Shown here: positions 11,234-21,502 of the stretch, piece after piece
Numbering within the stretch: position 1 is the first letter of the stretch
How the letters are laid out: each line of letters opens with the position of its first letter
NCBI GenBank assembly: GCA_021808035.1
Contig: JAKBCG010000001.1
Span: 1-47,722, forward strand
Origin: Pseudomonadota bacterium
GTDB taxonomy: Bacteria > Pseudomonadota > Gammaproteobacteria > Steroidobacterales > Steroidobacteraceae
DNA: 47,722 nt
Direction of reading: 5' to 3'
The notes under the pieces: generated by a model
Databases searched by the model: none
Told to the model about the DNA's origin: nothing
Seen by the model: the letters and a program-made list of their open reading frames with translations, nothing else
Translations under genes and position numbers: made by a program

Positions 11234-11369
11234 GAGGGCGCTCGATCGCAAAGCGAACAAGTATAGCGAGGCGAACGTGCACGCGCGCGCGCGGCGCGGG
11301 CATGAATCCGCATGCGCGCCGTATGCGCCCGGACCAAACGACCGTCCTCGTCGTCGCGCGCCAAAATGA

Positions 11370-11404
11370 TGCGCCAAATTGGCATAACGCCCTCGATTGG
11401 TGCA
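11370..11404 (+). promoter_or_regulatory. candidate NtrC (enhancer) binding sites upstream of glnA
   Basis: TGCGCCAAATTGGCATA (11370-11386) matches 11 of 14 specified positions of TGCACCAnnnTGGTGCA. The adjacent ACGCCCTCGATTGGTGCA (11387-11404) has a perfect TGGTGCA half-site. The sites lie about 95-115 nt upstream of the predicted sigma-54 start site. Confidence 0.35.
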
Positions 11405-11465
11405 CGCTACGCGCCTAATCATTCCGCAATGATGCCAAACCCTTGATTCGCGGCGCCCCAGAATG

Positions 11466-11481
11466 TGGCATGGCTCATGCA
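11466..11481 (+). promoter_or_regulatory. sigma-54 (-24/-12) promoter of glnA
   Basis: TGGCATGGCTCATGCA fits TGGCAC-N5-TTGCA, with the GG and GC dinucleotides at the canonical 10-nt spacing. It lies about 68 nt upstream of the glnA ATG, and ntrBC is encoded just downstream. Confidence 0.7.
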
Positions 11482-11548
11482 TTAACGAAAAATCCCCGGA
11501 CCCTGGCCGGGCCCTATCGACGCCGCACACCGCCCACGGAGGAGAATC

Positions 11549-12958
11549 ATGACTCCCGCTGAAGTTATGCGATTCATTCAAGAAAAGGATGCGAAGTTCG
11601 CCGATCTGCGCTTCACAGACACGATCGGCAAGGAACAGCACGTCACGATCCCGACCCGGCTGGTCGACGAGGGATTCTTCCAGGACGGCAAGATGTTCGA
11701 TGGATCGTCGATCGCCGGCTGGAAGGGAATCAACGAGTCGGACATGATCTTGATGCCCGATCCGGCGACCGCGGTGATCGACCCGTTCTTCGAAGAGACC
11801 ACCGTGAATCTGCGTTGCGACGTGATCGAACCGACCACGATGCAAGGCTACGACCGTGATCCGCGCTCGCTCGCGAAGCGCGCCGAGGCGTACCTGAAGT
11901 CGACCGGAATCGCCGACACGGCGCTGTTTGGACCAGAAAACGAGTTCTTCATCTTCGACGACGTGACGATGAGCTCGTCGATGAACGGGTGCGCGTACCG
12001 CGTCGACTCCTACGAGGGCGCGTGGAATTCCGGCAAGCCCTACGACGACGGCAACAAGGGTCATCGGCCGGGCGTCAAGGGCGGCTACTTCCCGGTGCCG
12101 CCGGTCGACTCGCAGCAGGACATCCGTACCGCGATGTCGCAGGCCTGCGAGGAAATGGGCCTGAAGTTCGAGGTGCATCACCATGAGGTCGCGACCGCCG
12201 GCCAGGGCGAGATCAACGTCGCGGCGAACACGCTGACGAAGAAGGCCGACGAGGTCCAGATCCTCAAGTACGCGCTGCAGAACGTCGCGCATGGCTACGG
12301 CAAGACGCTCACGTTCATGCCGAAGCCGATCGTCGGCGACAACGGCAATGGCATGCACGTGCATCAGTCGCTGCAAAAGGACGGCAAGGCGCTGTTCGCC
12401 GGCGACAAGTACGGCGGCCTGTCGGACATCGCGCTCTATTACATCGGCGGCATCATCAAGCACGCGCGCGCGTTGAACGCGTTCACCAACGCGAGCACGA
12501 ACAGCTACAAGCGGCTCGTGCCCGGCTTCGAAGCGCCGGTGAAGCTCGCGTACTCGGCACGCAACCGCTCCGCGTCGATCCGGATCCCGTGGGTGTCGAA
12601 TCCGAAGGCGCGGCGGATCGAGGTGCGATTCCCGGATGCGACCGCTAACCCGTACTTCGCGTTCGCCGCGATGATGCTCGCCGGTCTCGACGGGATCCAG
12701 AACAAGATCCACCCGGGGGATCCGGCGGACAAGGATCTCTACGATCTCGAGCCCGAGGAGGACAAGAAGATCCCGACGGTCTGCCATTCGCTCGACATGG
12801 CGCTCGAATACCTCGACCGGGATCGCGCGTTCCTGAAGGTCGGCGGCGTTTTCAGCGACGACCTGATCGATGCCTACATCGACCTGAAGATGAAGGAAGT
12901 CACCCGGCTGCGGATGACGACGCACCCGATCGAGATGGAGATGTACTACAGCCTCTGA
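11549..12958 (+). CDS. glnA: glutamine synthetase type I
   Basis: 469 aa with SD GGAGGAG at 11539-11545. The translation matches GlnA throughout: [78 protein letters not shown], and the adenylylation-loop region [11 protein letters not shown]. Confidence 0.98.
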   Translation: MTPAEVMRFIQEKDAKFADLRFTDTIGKEQHVTIPTRLVDEGFFQDGKMFDGSSIAGWKGINESDMILMPDPATAVIDPFFEETTVNLRCDVIEPTTMQGYDRDPRSLAKRAEAYLKSTGIADTALFGPENEFFIFDDVTMSSSMNGCAYRVDSYEGAWNSGKPYDDGNKGHRPGVKGGYFPVPPVDSQQDIRTAMSQACEEMGLKFEVHHHEVATAGQGEINVAANTLTKKADEVQILKYALQNVAHGYGKTLTFMPKPIVGDNGNGMHVHQSLQKDGKALFAGDKYGGLSDIALYYIGGIIKHARALNAFTNASTNSYKRLVPGFEAPVKLAYSARNRSASIRIPWVSNPKARRIEVRFPDATANPYFAFAAMMLAGLDGIQNKIHPGDPADKDLYDLEPEEDKKIPTVCHSLDMALEYLDRDRAFLKVGGVFSDDLIDAYIDLKMKEVTRLRMTTHPIEMEMYYSL

Positions 12959-12998
12959 CCGCGCGCCCGGCGCGCTGTCCGGAGAAGCTCACCCAAAG

Positions 12999-13025
12999 GG
13001 TGACGGCGGTCACACCGCCGTCACC
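12999..13025 (+). terminator. strong hairpin after glnA (possible partial terminator/attenuator before ntrBC)
   Basis: The perfect 12-bp inverted repeat GGTGACGGCGGT-cac-ACCGCCGTCACC lies 41 nt after the glnA stop. The following T tract is weak (CCGCGGTTTGG), so termination efficiency is uncertain. Confidence 0.4.
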
Positions 13026-13048
13026 CCGCGGTTTGGTGATGGAGGGCG

Positions 13049-13591
13049 ATGGCGCTATGCTCTCGGATCATGCACCGGTGGCGCATACTGATCGTGGCTG
13101 GATTGCTCGCGGCGAACGCGTGCCCGGCGTCGGCGATCTACAAGTGGACCGATGCGGCCGGGGTCGTGCATTTTGCCGACCATCCCGCGCCCGGGGCCCA
13201 AAAGATCCAGCTCGACGTGGATGTCGTGCCGGCGGTGCGCACGCCGCCGATCCCATCGTCGCCGCAAACCGTGACGCCGATCCCGTATGCCCACTTCACG
13301 ATCGATTCACCGACCCGCGAGCAGACGTTCTTCGGCGAGCCGGTGCCGGTACACCTGACGATGCAGCCGGCGCTGCGACCGAGCGACGAGCTGCGCTGGA
13401 CCCTGAACGGCCGGCCGCTCGACACAGAAACGAATCAGGTCGGCTTTGCATTGCCCGGCCTGCCGCGCGGCGCCTACGATCTCGTTGCGACCGCGATCGA
13501 TCGCGAGAGCGGCGGGACCTTGAACAGCGCGACCGTCGCGTTCTACGTGCACCGCCCCTCGATCCTGAATCCCCACCACCACCCGCACTGA
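13049..13591 (+). CDS. secreted DUF4124 domain protein with His-rich C-terminus
   Basis: The signal peptide is MHRWRILIVAGLLAANACPASA. An alternative start at ATG 13070 is equally possible; GGAGG lies 3 nt before the 13049 ATG. The DUF4124 signature is IYKWTDAAGVVHFADHPAP, and the protein ends ...NPHHHPH. Confidence 0.75.
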   Translation: MALCSRIMHRWRILIVAGLLAANACPASAIYKWTDAAGVVHFADHPAPGAQKIQLDVDVVPAVRTPPIPSSPQTVTPIPYAHFTIDSPTREQTFFGEPVPVHLTMQPALRPSDELRWTLNGRPLDTETNQVGFALPGLPRGAYDLVATAIDRESGGTLNSATVAFYVHRPSILNPHHHPH

Positions 13592-13618
13592 ACGCGGGTC
13601 CGCCGCCGGACGGCGCGA

Positions 13619-14703
13619 ATGGCCATTGAGGCCATCGGGTCCGCGCCGGTCGATCGCGCCGAGCTCCTCGACGCGCTGCTCACGAGCGTGTTCGTCCTCG
13701 ACGCCGAGCTGCGCGTCATCGACCTGAACGCGGCTGCGCAGACCCTGCTCGGGCTCGGCGCGAGCCAGGCGCTCGGTCGGCCGGTCGGTGAGCTGCTGCG
13801 AGGCGCGGATCTGCTGGCGGCGCTGCTCGAGCGGGCGCTCGCGCGGCGTGGCGAGGAGATCGTGCAGCGTGAGCTCGCCTGGCAGGAACCGCTCGGCGCG
13901 GAGCGGATCCTGGCGTGCGCGGCGACGGTGGCGACCCTCGGCGCCGAGATCCGCCTGGTTCTCGAGATCGAGGACATCACCCAGCATCGACGAAGGATCC
14001 GGGAAGCGGCGCTCCTCGCGCAACTGGACGGCAGCCGCCTGATGATTCGCCAGCTGGCGCACGAGATCAAGAACCCGCTCGGCGGCGTGCGCGGCGCGGC
14101 GCAGCTCCTCGAACGCGAACTCCTCGATCCGGCGTTGCGCGAGTACACGCGGGTGATCATCAGCGAGGCGGATCGGCTCGCGGGCCTGCTCGACACGATG
14201 CAGGGGCCCGGCCGTCCGCCCGCCAAACAGGCCGTGAACGTGCACGAGATGCTCGAGCGCGTCTATCGACTGCTGCGCGGCGAAGCCTCGGCGCGGATCA
14301 CGATCGAGCGCGACTATGATCCCAGTCTGCCGACCCTCACCGTCGATCCGAACCACATCATCCAGGCGATGCTGAACCTCGGTCGAAATGCGTTGCAGGC
14401 GCTCGAGTCGGGCATGGCGGACGGCGGCCGTCTGGTGCTGCGTACCCGCGCGGCGATCAACGTGACGCTCGGCGCGCAGCGGCACCGGGTCGTCGCCTCG
14501 ATCCAGTTCGAGGACAACGGGCCCGGCGTGCCGCCGGAAATCCGGGACACGATCTTCTATCCCCTGGTTTCGGGGCGCGACGGCGGGTCGGGCTTCGGCC
14601 TCGCGGTCGCGCAGGATCTCGTGACCCGCCATGGTGGCTTGATCGAGTTCGACAGCGCGCCGGGACGCACGGTCTTCACGTTGTCGCTGCCGATGGATAC
14701 CGC

Positions 14704-14707
<4 letters not shown>
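13619..14707 (+). CDS. ntrB: nitrogen regulation sensor histidine kinase NtrB
   Basis: 362 aa with an N-terminal PAS-like region. The H box is LAHEIKNPLGGVRGAAQLL. N/G boxes are present (NLGRNALQA, DNGPGVP, GSGFGLAVAQ). It sits between glnA and ntrC. Confidence 0.93.
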
Positions 14708-16119
<1,412 letters not shown>

Positions 16120-16153
16120 GCCGCGCGCAGGGAGCAGCGGCGCGAGGGCCACG

Positions 16154-16615
16154 ATGTTTCACGTGATCCTGTTCGAACCGGAGATCCCGCCGAACACCGG
16201 CAACGTGATCCGCCTGTGCGCGAACGCCGGCGCATCGCTCCACCTGGTCAAGCCGCTCGGGTTTCGTCTCGACGACCGGAGTCTGCGCCGCAGCGGCCTC
16301 GACTACCACGACCTCGCGCCGGTCGCGGTGCATGCGGACCTCGACGCCTGCCTCGCGGCGCTCGCCGGTTCGCGCGTGTTCGCGGTCGAGACCGGTGCGC
16401 GCCGCTGCTACGGCGAGATCGCCTATTGCGCGGAGGACGCGTTCTTGTTCGGACCCGAGACGAGAGGCCTGCCGGCGGCGGTGCTCGCCCGTTGTCCGGT
16501 CGATCGCCGCGTGTCGATCCCGATGCGGACCCCGGGCCGCAGCTTGAATCTCGCGAATGCAGTGTCGGTCGTGCTGTTCGAGGCCTGGCGCCAGCACGGC
16601 TTCGCGGGCGCCTGA
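16154..16615 (+). CDS. trmL: tRNA (cytidine/uridine34-2'-O)-methyltransferase (SpoU/TrmL)
   Basis: 153 aa. MFHVILFEPEIPPNTGNVIRLCANAGASLHLVKPLGFRLDD and SLNLANAVSVVLFEAWRQ are characteristic of TrmL/YibK. Confidence 0.93.
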   Translation: MFHVILFEPEIPPNTGNVIRLCANAGASLHLVKPLGFRLDDRSLRRSGLDYHDLAPVAVHADLDACLAALAGSRVFAVETGARRCYGEIAYCAEDAFLFGPETRGLPAAVLARCPVDRRVSIPMRTPGRSLNLANAVSVVLFEAWRQHGFAGA

Positions 16616-16636
16616 GGTACCGGCCCGGAGCGCCCT

Positions 16637-17647
16637 TCAGTCGCTCTCGGCGCGCAGCGCCCGGCGCATCAACAACCGGACCGATTCGCGCGCATCGTGA
16701 CCCTCGTGGACGATGCGGTAGACCTGCTCGCAGATCGGCATCTCGACGCCGACGCGCTCCGCGACCCGCCGTACCGCGCGCGCGGCGTGCACCCCCTCGA
16801 CGACCTGGCCGATTGCGCTCGCCGCCGCGTCGAAGGATTGGCCCTGCGCGAGCGCGATTCCGAGGCGGCGGTTGCGGGACTGGTCGTCCGTGCAGGTCAG
16901 GACCAGGTCGCCGAGGCCGGCGAGCCCCATGAACGTCTCGCGCGTCGCGCCGAGGCGGACCCCGAGACGCAGCATCTCGGCGAGCCCGCGGGTGATCAGC
17001 GCGACCCGCGTGTTCGCGCCGAAGCCGAGCCCGTCGGACAGGCCGGAGCCGATTGCGATCACGTTCTTCACCGCGCCGCCGACCTCGACACCGACGACGT
17101 CGGTCTGGCGGTAGGCGCGAAAGTTGGGACCGGACAAGCGTTGCGCGAGTGCTTCGCCGAAGCGCGCGTCCTGCGAAGCGACCACGAGCGCGGTCGGCAG
17201 GTCCGCGGCCACCTCGCTCGCGAACGTCGGTCCCGAGAGCACCGCGGTCGGCCTGGCGCCGAGCAATTCGGCCGCGACGTGGTGCGGCAGGAGACCGGTC
17301 TCGATCTCGAAGCCTTTCGTCGCCCAGGCGACGCGGGCGTTCGCGCCGAGCCGCGACTGGAGCGCGTTCAGGGTCTCGCGAAACGCGTGCGACGGAACGG
17401 CGACCAGGACGTCGCGAGCGGCCGCGAGTGCGGCATCGAGATCAGTCTCGACCTGTAACGCCGCCGGGAACGCCGCTCGCGGCAGATAACGCCGGTTGCG
17501 CCGCTCCGCGCGCATCTCGGCGAGCGCGGCACGATCGCGGCCCCAGAGTACGGTCGGATGGCCGGAGCGCGCGAGATGGATCGCGAGCGCGGTACCCCAG
17601 GATCCGGCGCCGACGACCGCGATCGCGTGGGGATCCGGGCCGGGCAT
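16637..17647 (-). CDS. gpsA: NAD(P)H-dependent glycerol-3-phosphate dehydrogenase
   Basis: 336 aa with the Rossmann motif IAVVGAGSWGTALAIHLA, plus GPTFASEVA, VKNVIAIGSGLSDGLGFGANT and LTCTDDQSRNRRLG. Confidence 0.96.
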   Translation of the reverse strand: MPGPDPHAIAVVGAGSWGTALAIHLARSGHPTVLWGRDRAALAEMRAERRNRRYLPRAAFPAALQVETDLDAALAAARDVLVAVPSHAFRETLNALQSRLGANARVAWATKGFEIETGLLPHHVAAELLGARPTAVLSGPTFASEVAADLPTALVVASQDARFGEALAQRLSGPNFRAYRQTDVVGVEVGGAVKNVIAIGSGLSDGLGFGANTRVALITRGLAEMLRLGVRLGATRETFMGLAGLGDLVLTCTDDQSRNRRLGIALAQGQSFDAAASAIGQVVEGVHAARAVRRVAERVGVEMPICEQVYRIVHEGHDARESVRLLMRRALRAESD

Positions 17648-17674
17648 CGAGCGGGAACCGGTGGGTGCGCGGGG

Positions 17675-18157
17675 CTAGTTGACGGTGCCCGTCTGCGCCT
17701 GCCCGCTCTCCGCCGCCTGCTGGTACAGCGCGTCGAAATTCACGAGCGGCAGCAGGAAGTTCGGGAAACCACCCTTCGTGATCAGATCCGAGACGACCTC
17801 GCGGGCGTAAGGGAACAGCACGCTCGGGCAGAAGCTGCCGATCAGGCGCTTCAAGTCCTCGTCCGAGGCGCCGACGATCGCGAACACGCCGGCCTGCTTG
17901 ACCTCGACGAGGTACATCGTCGCCTCGCCCTGCTTCGCCTCCAGCGTGATCGTGAGCGATACCTCGCGCACGTCCGGCGCGATATCCTCCGCCGAACTGT
18001 TCATGTTCAACTGGAACTTGGGCTCCCAGGCCTGGTTCGGCGGCAGCCGCGGCCCGTTGGGCGACTCGTAGGAGCTGTCCTTCAAATAGACGGTCTGCAG
18101 CGTGACCTGCACGCCGTTCTGCGCCGGCAACGGCTGATTCGCGATCTCTTCGTTCAT
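17675..18157 (-). CDS. secB: protein-export chaperone SecB
   Basis: 160 aa. The sequence QTVYLKDSSYESPNGP...VKQAGVFAI...CPSVLFPYAREVVSDLITKGGFPNFLLPLVNFDALY is typical SecB. Its ATG overlaps the grxC stop (ATGA at 18154-18157). Confidence 0.96.
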   Translation of the reverse strand: MNEEIANQPLPAQNGVQVTLQTVYLKDSSYESPNGPRLPPNQAWEPKFQLNMNSSAEDIAPDVREVSLTITLEAKQGEATMYLVEVKQAGVFAIVGASDEDLKRLIGSFCPSVLFPYAREVVSDLITKGGFPNFLLPLVNFDALYQQAAESGQAQTGTVN

Positions 18158-18420
18158 CGATCCCCCAGAACCAATCGGTCGAGTTCCCCGCTCCGGTCGC
18201 TTGCGATCAGGTCGTCACAGCCACCGACATGTCGATCGCCGATGAAGATCTGCGGCACCGTGCGCCGCCCGCTGCGGGCGACCATCTCGGCGCGCCACGA
18301 TGGATCCTCGTCGACGTCGAACTCGGTGAAAGCGAGACCCTTCTCCCGGAGCAATGCCTTGGCGCGCTGGCAATAAGGGCACCAGCTCGCCGAATAGACG
18401 GTGATCGGCGGCGCGCTCAC
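18154..18420 (-). CDS. grxC: glutaredoxin 3
   Basis: 88 aa from GTG (18420-18418), which overlaps the rhodanese stop (GTGA). It has the CPYC active site (VYSASWCPYCQRAKALL), TVPQIFIGDRHVGGCDDL. The longer ORF-track start lies inside the rhodanese gene. Confidence 0.93.
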   Translation of the reverse strand: MSAPPITVYSASWCPYCQRAKALLREKGLAFTEFDVDEDPSWRAEMVARSGRRTVPQIFIGDRHVGGCDDLIASDRSGELDRLVLGDR

Positions 18421-18863
18421 GCGCCCGCCTTCTTCGCAACGGCCCCCTTCACGAGCGGCAGGTTGTCGCGACTCCACGCGAGCACGCCCCCGTCGAGGCT
18501 CACCGCCTGCGCGAACCCCGCCTTCAGCAGCTTGCGGGTCGCCGCGGCGCTGCGCACGCCGCTGTCGCAGTACAGGATCACGGGCTTCTCGCGCCACTTC
18601 TTCAACGACTCGAGTTCGGCGTCGAGCTGTTCCACCGGCAGGTGCCGCGCCTCGCCGATGTGGCCGGCGTCGTAAGCTTCCTTCGTGCGCAGGTCGATCA
18701 ACAGCGCGCCCTGGTTCATCAGCCGCACCACCTCGGTGGATCCCACGGCGATCGCGCCGGTGGTCCGCAGCCGCAGCTCATACGCGAGCACCGCGACCGC
18801 GACCAGCGCGGTCCCCGCGGTCAACCACGGGTGATGAGCGATATAGGCGAGCAGACGCGGCAT
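18417..18863 (-). CDS. membrane-anchored rhodanese-domain protein (YibN-like)
   Basis: 148 aa from ATG 18863 (cat at 18861-18863). It has an N-terminal TM helix (WLTAGTALVAVAVLAY) and a rhodanese domain with the active-site loop ILYCDSGVRS. The synteny yibN-grxC-secB-gpsA matches E. coli. Confidence 0.88.
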   Translation of the reverse strand: MPRLLAYIAHHPWLTAGTALVAVAVLAYELRLRTTGAIAVGSTEVVRLMNQGALLIDLRTKEAYDAGHIGEARHLPVEQLDAELESLKKWREKPVILYCDSGVRSAAATRKLLKAGFAQAVSLDGGVLAWSRDNLPLVKGAVAKKAGA

Positions 18864-18942
18864 CGAGGCTAAGGAACCTGTCGGAATTTCGGGCGCGCAA
18901 GTATAGCAGCGCCGGGAAGCCTTGTATGCTTGGGGCTGCGAG

Positions 18943-20124
18943 ATGAACCTGCGATCCATCCCATCCTGGAAGACGGCCGCGGCGGCGGTCGGACTGCTGT
19001 CGGCGGCGATGCTCGGCGCGCCCGCTGCCGACACGCCCGCCGTGCACCGAGCGCATGCCGAGCTCGCGCGGGTGCGCGCGCAGATCGCCGCGATCGCCAA
19101 GCGCCGTGACGCGGACCTCGAGCGACGCGATGCGCTCGACGCCGCGGTGCGCCGGGCGGACCTCGCGATCGCGGCGAAGCGGCGTACGTTGGAATCGCTC
19201 CGGGCGGCGGCGGCCGCGGCCCGCAAGCGACTCGATGCGCTGCGCGCCGAGCAGACACGCAATCTCGCGGCGTTGACGCAGGAGCGCCGGGCGCTCGCCG
19301 GACAGATCGTCGCCGCGTACATGATCGGGCGCCGCGAACAGATCAAGCTGCTGCTCGATCAGAGCGCGGTCGGCGAGGTCGGCCGGATGCTTGCTTACTA
19401 CGGCTATTTCGGCCGCGCGAGGGCCGCGCAGATCGCCGCGATCCGCAGCCGGATGCAATCGGTCGCGGCGGTCGCCCGTGCGACCGGGCAGCAGGCGATG
19501 CACCTACACGACCTGCAGGACGACGCGGTGAAGGCGCTCGCGGCGCTCGGCGCGGCCCGCGCGCAGCGCGCCGCGGCCCTGCAGGCTGCGAGCGCCCGCG
19601 TGCGGAGCGCGGAGCAGCGTCTCGCGGACCTGCGCCGGCAGCAACACTCGGTCGAATCGCTGATCGACCAGCTCTCGCGCGTGATCCCGTCGTTCCCGAC
19701 GCGACCCGCGAAGGACTTCCTCGCGATGCGCGGGCGACTGCCCTGGCCGGTCGCCGGCCGCGTGGTCGAGCATTTCGGCGACGTGCGCATGGACGCCGCG
19801 CAGGGGAGACTGCGGTGGCACGGGCTGTTGATCCGGACCGCACCCGGTGCGCGGGTGCGCGCGCCGTACTTCGGGCGGGTCGTGTACGCGGACTGGCTCC
19901 AGGGACTCGGCCTGCTGCTGATCCTCTCGCACGGCGACGGGTATCTCAGTCTGTATGCGCACGCCGAGGTGCTCTACAAATCGGTCGGTGATTGGGTCGC
20001 ACCGGGCGACGTGATCGCGGCGATGAGCAGTGCGCCCGGACCGACTCCGCCGGAGCTGTATTTCGAGATCCGTCATGGGCGCACGCCGCTCGATCCGCAG
20101 GCATGGCTGGCCGGCCGGCGCTGA
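18943..20124 (+). CDS. murein hydrolase activator EnvC-like protein (coiled coil + LytM/M23 domain)
   Basis: ATG 18943 (MNLRSIPSWKTAAAAVGLLSAAMLGAPAAD) gives a signal peptide; the TTG at 18922 in the ORF track is less likely. A long Ala/Arg/Gln-rich coiled coil is followed by LPWPVAGRVVEHFG...GLLLILSHGDGYLSLYAH...PELYFEIRHGRTPLDP. Confidence 0.88.
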   Translation: MNLRSIPSWKTAAAAVGLLSAAMLGAPAADTPAVHRAHAELARVRAQIAAIAKRRDADLERRDALDAAVRRADLAIAAKRRTLESLRAAAAAARKRLDALRAEQTRNLAALTQERRALAGQIVAAYMIGRREQIKLLLDQSAVGEVGRMLAYYGYFGRARAAQIAAIRSRMQSVAAVARATGQQAMHLHDLQDDAVKALAALGAARAQRAAALQAASARVRSAEQRLADLRRQQHSVESLIDQLSRVIPSFPTRPAKDFLAMRGRLPWPVAGRVVEHFGDVRMDAAQGRLRWHGLLIRTAPGARVRAPYFGRVVYADWLQGLGLLLILSHGDGYLSLYAHAEVLYKSVGDWVAPGDVIAAMSSAPGPTPPELYFEIRHGRTPLDPQAWLAGRR

Positions 20125-20227
20125 TGGGCGGGAAGATGGCAAGTCGAGCACCGGTTGACGCAGCGCAGCGATCGGCGAACCCGAAAATTGCGCATCCGGT
20201 GATTGTTGCCGCAGTGCCGCACCGCGT

Positions 20228-21487
20228 ATGCTTCGCCTCCCGATGATCCCTCGCAAAGCCCGTGGTTTCCTGACCCTCGCGCTCGGTGTCGCGATCGGAC
20301 TCGCGCTCGGCACCGCGCGCGGCGTGTTCGCGCAGAAGCCGGTGCCGCTCGGCGCCGATCTGCCGTGGCGCGACGCGCAGATGTTTGCGCTCGTGCTCGA
20401 CCGTGTGGAGCGGGATTACGTCGAGCCGATCGGGGATCACCGGCTGCTGCAGGCCGCGATCCGCGGGATGGTCGCTTCCCTCGACCCGTACTCCGAGTAC
20501 CTGAGTCGCGATCAATACACCCAGGTGCGGATCAACAGCTCCGGTGAGTATTCCGGCGTCGGTCTGGAGGTGTCGATGCAGGACGACGAGGTCATCGTCG
20601 TCTCGGTATTCGCCGGATCACCCGCCGCGGCCGCCGGACTGCGTCCGGGCGACGTGATCGCGACGATCGACGGTACGCCGATCACGAATGCGAGCCTCGC
20701 CGAAACGATCGATCGGATGCGCGGCAAAGCGGGCACGACGGTGCGGATCGGCGTGCTCCGCGGCTCGAGCGGTACGCCGATCGTGTTCACGGTCAAGCGC
20801 GGTCCGGTCGAGATGCGCAGCGTCGGCTCGCTCGACCTCGGCGCCGGGATCGGCTATCTGCGGATCGCCGAATTCACCCAGCAGACCGGCCCGGATGTGA
20901 AGGCGGCCCTGCAGGCCCTGCTCGCCCGCAATCATGGATCGCTCCACGGCCTGGTGCTCGACCTGCGCGACAATCCCGGTGGCGTGCTGGACGCGGCCGT
21001 GTCGGTCGCCGGCGATTTCCTGAACGGCGGTGTGATCGTGAGCGCGCGCGGCCGGGCGCCGGACGCGAATTTCCAGATGGATGCGAAGCCGGGCGACCTG
21101 CTGCACGGCGCGCCGATCGTGGTGCTCGTCGACGGCGGCTCGGCGTCGGCCGCGGAGATCGTCGCCGGAGCGCTCAAGGACCATCACCGGGCGACGCTGA
21201 TGGGCCAGCGCACCTTCGGCAAGGGGTCGGTGCAGACGGTGATGCCGTTGCCCGGCGGACGCGCGTTGAAGCTCACGACCTCGCTCTACTACACACCGTC
21301 CGGGGTCTCGATCAATCACACCGGCCTGTTGCCCGACATCGTGCTGAAGCCGCCGCCGCCGGGTTCCCGAGGCGCGCCCTCGACCCCGGCGCAGATCCGC
21401 GCCGATCCGGAGGTGCGCCGTGCGGTCGAGGAGCTTGGCCGGCTTCGCGCGACGCCCGACCGCGCGCTGTCCGCGGCGAGGCGCTGA
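20228..21487 (+). CDS. ctpA: carboxy-terminal processing protease (S41 family)
   Basis: 419 aa with an N-terminal anchor. The PDZ region is GVGLEVSMQDDEVIVVSVFAGSPAAAAGLRPGDVI. The S41 catalytic region is LVLDLRDNPGGVLDAAV..VLVDGGSASAAEIVAGALKD..GQRTFGKGSVQTV. An alternative start at 20243 is possible. Confidence 0.93.
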   Translation: MLRLPMIPRKARGFLTLALGVAIGLALGTARGVFAQKPVPLGADLPWRDAQMFALVLDRVERDYVEPIGDHRLLQAAIRGMVASLDPYSEYLSRDQYTQVRINSSGEYSGVGLEVSMQDDEVIVVSVFAGSPAAAAGLRPGDVIATIDGTPITNASLAETIDRMRGKAGTTVRIGVLRGSSGTPIVFTVKRGPVEMRSVGSLDLGAGIGYLRIAEFTQQTGPDVKAALQALLARNHGSLHGLVLDLRDNPGGVLDAAVSVAGDFLNGGVIVSARGRAPDANFQMDAKPGDLLHGAPIVVLVDGGSASAAEIVAGALKDHHRATLMGQRTFGKGSVQTVMPLPGGRALKLTTSLYYTPSGVSINHTGLLPDIVLKPPPPGSRGAPSTPAQIRADPEVRRAVEELGRLRATPDRALSAARR

Positions 21488-21502
21488 AGGGCGCCCGGAC
21501 GC

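Noticed and set aside
11234-12925. N-terminal about 560 aa of the 872-aa minus-strand ORF 10307..12925
   Set aside because: Only the last 308 codons (glyQ, from ATG 11233) are conserved. The rest crosses the glyQ-glnA intergenic region and runs antisense to glnA, so it is an artefact of an open frame.
13000-13629. 209-aa plus-strand ORF overlapping the DUF4124 gene in another frame
   Set aside because: It begins inside the glnA terminator hairpin and is Arg/Pro/Asp-rich. The alternative frame carries a clear signal peptide and the DUF4124 motif.
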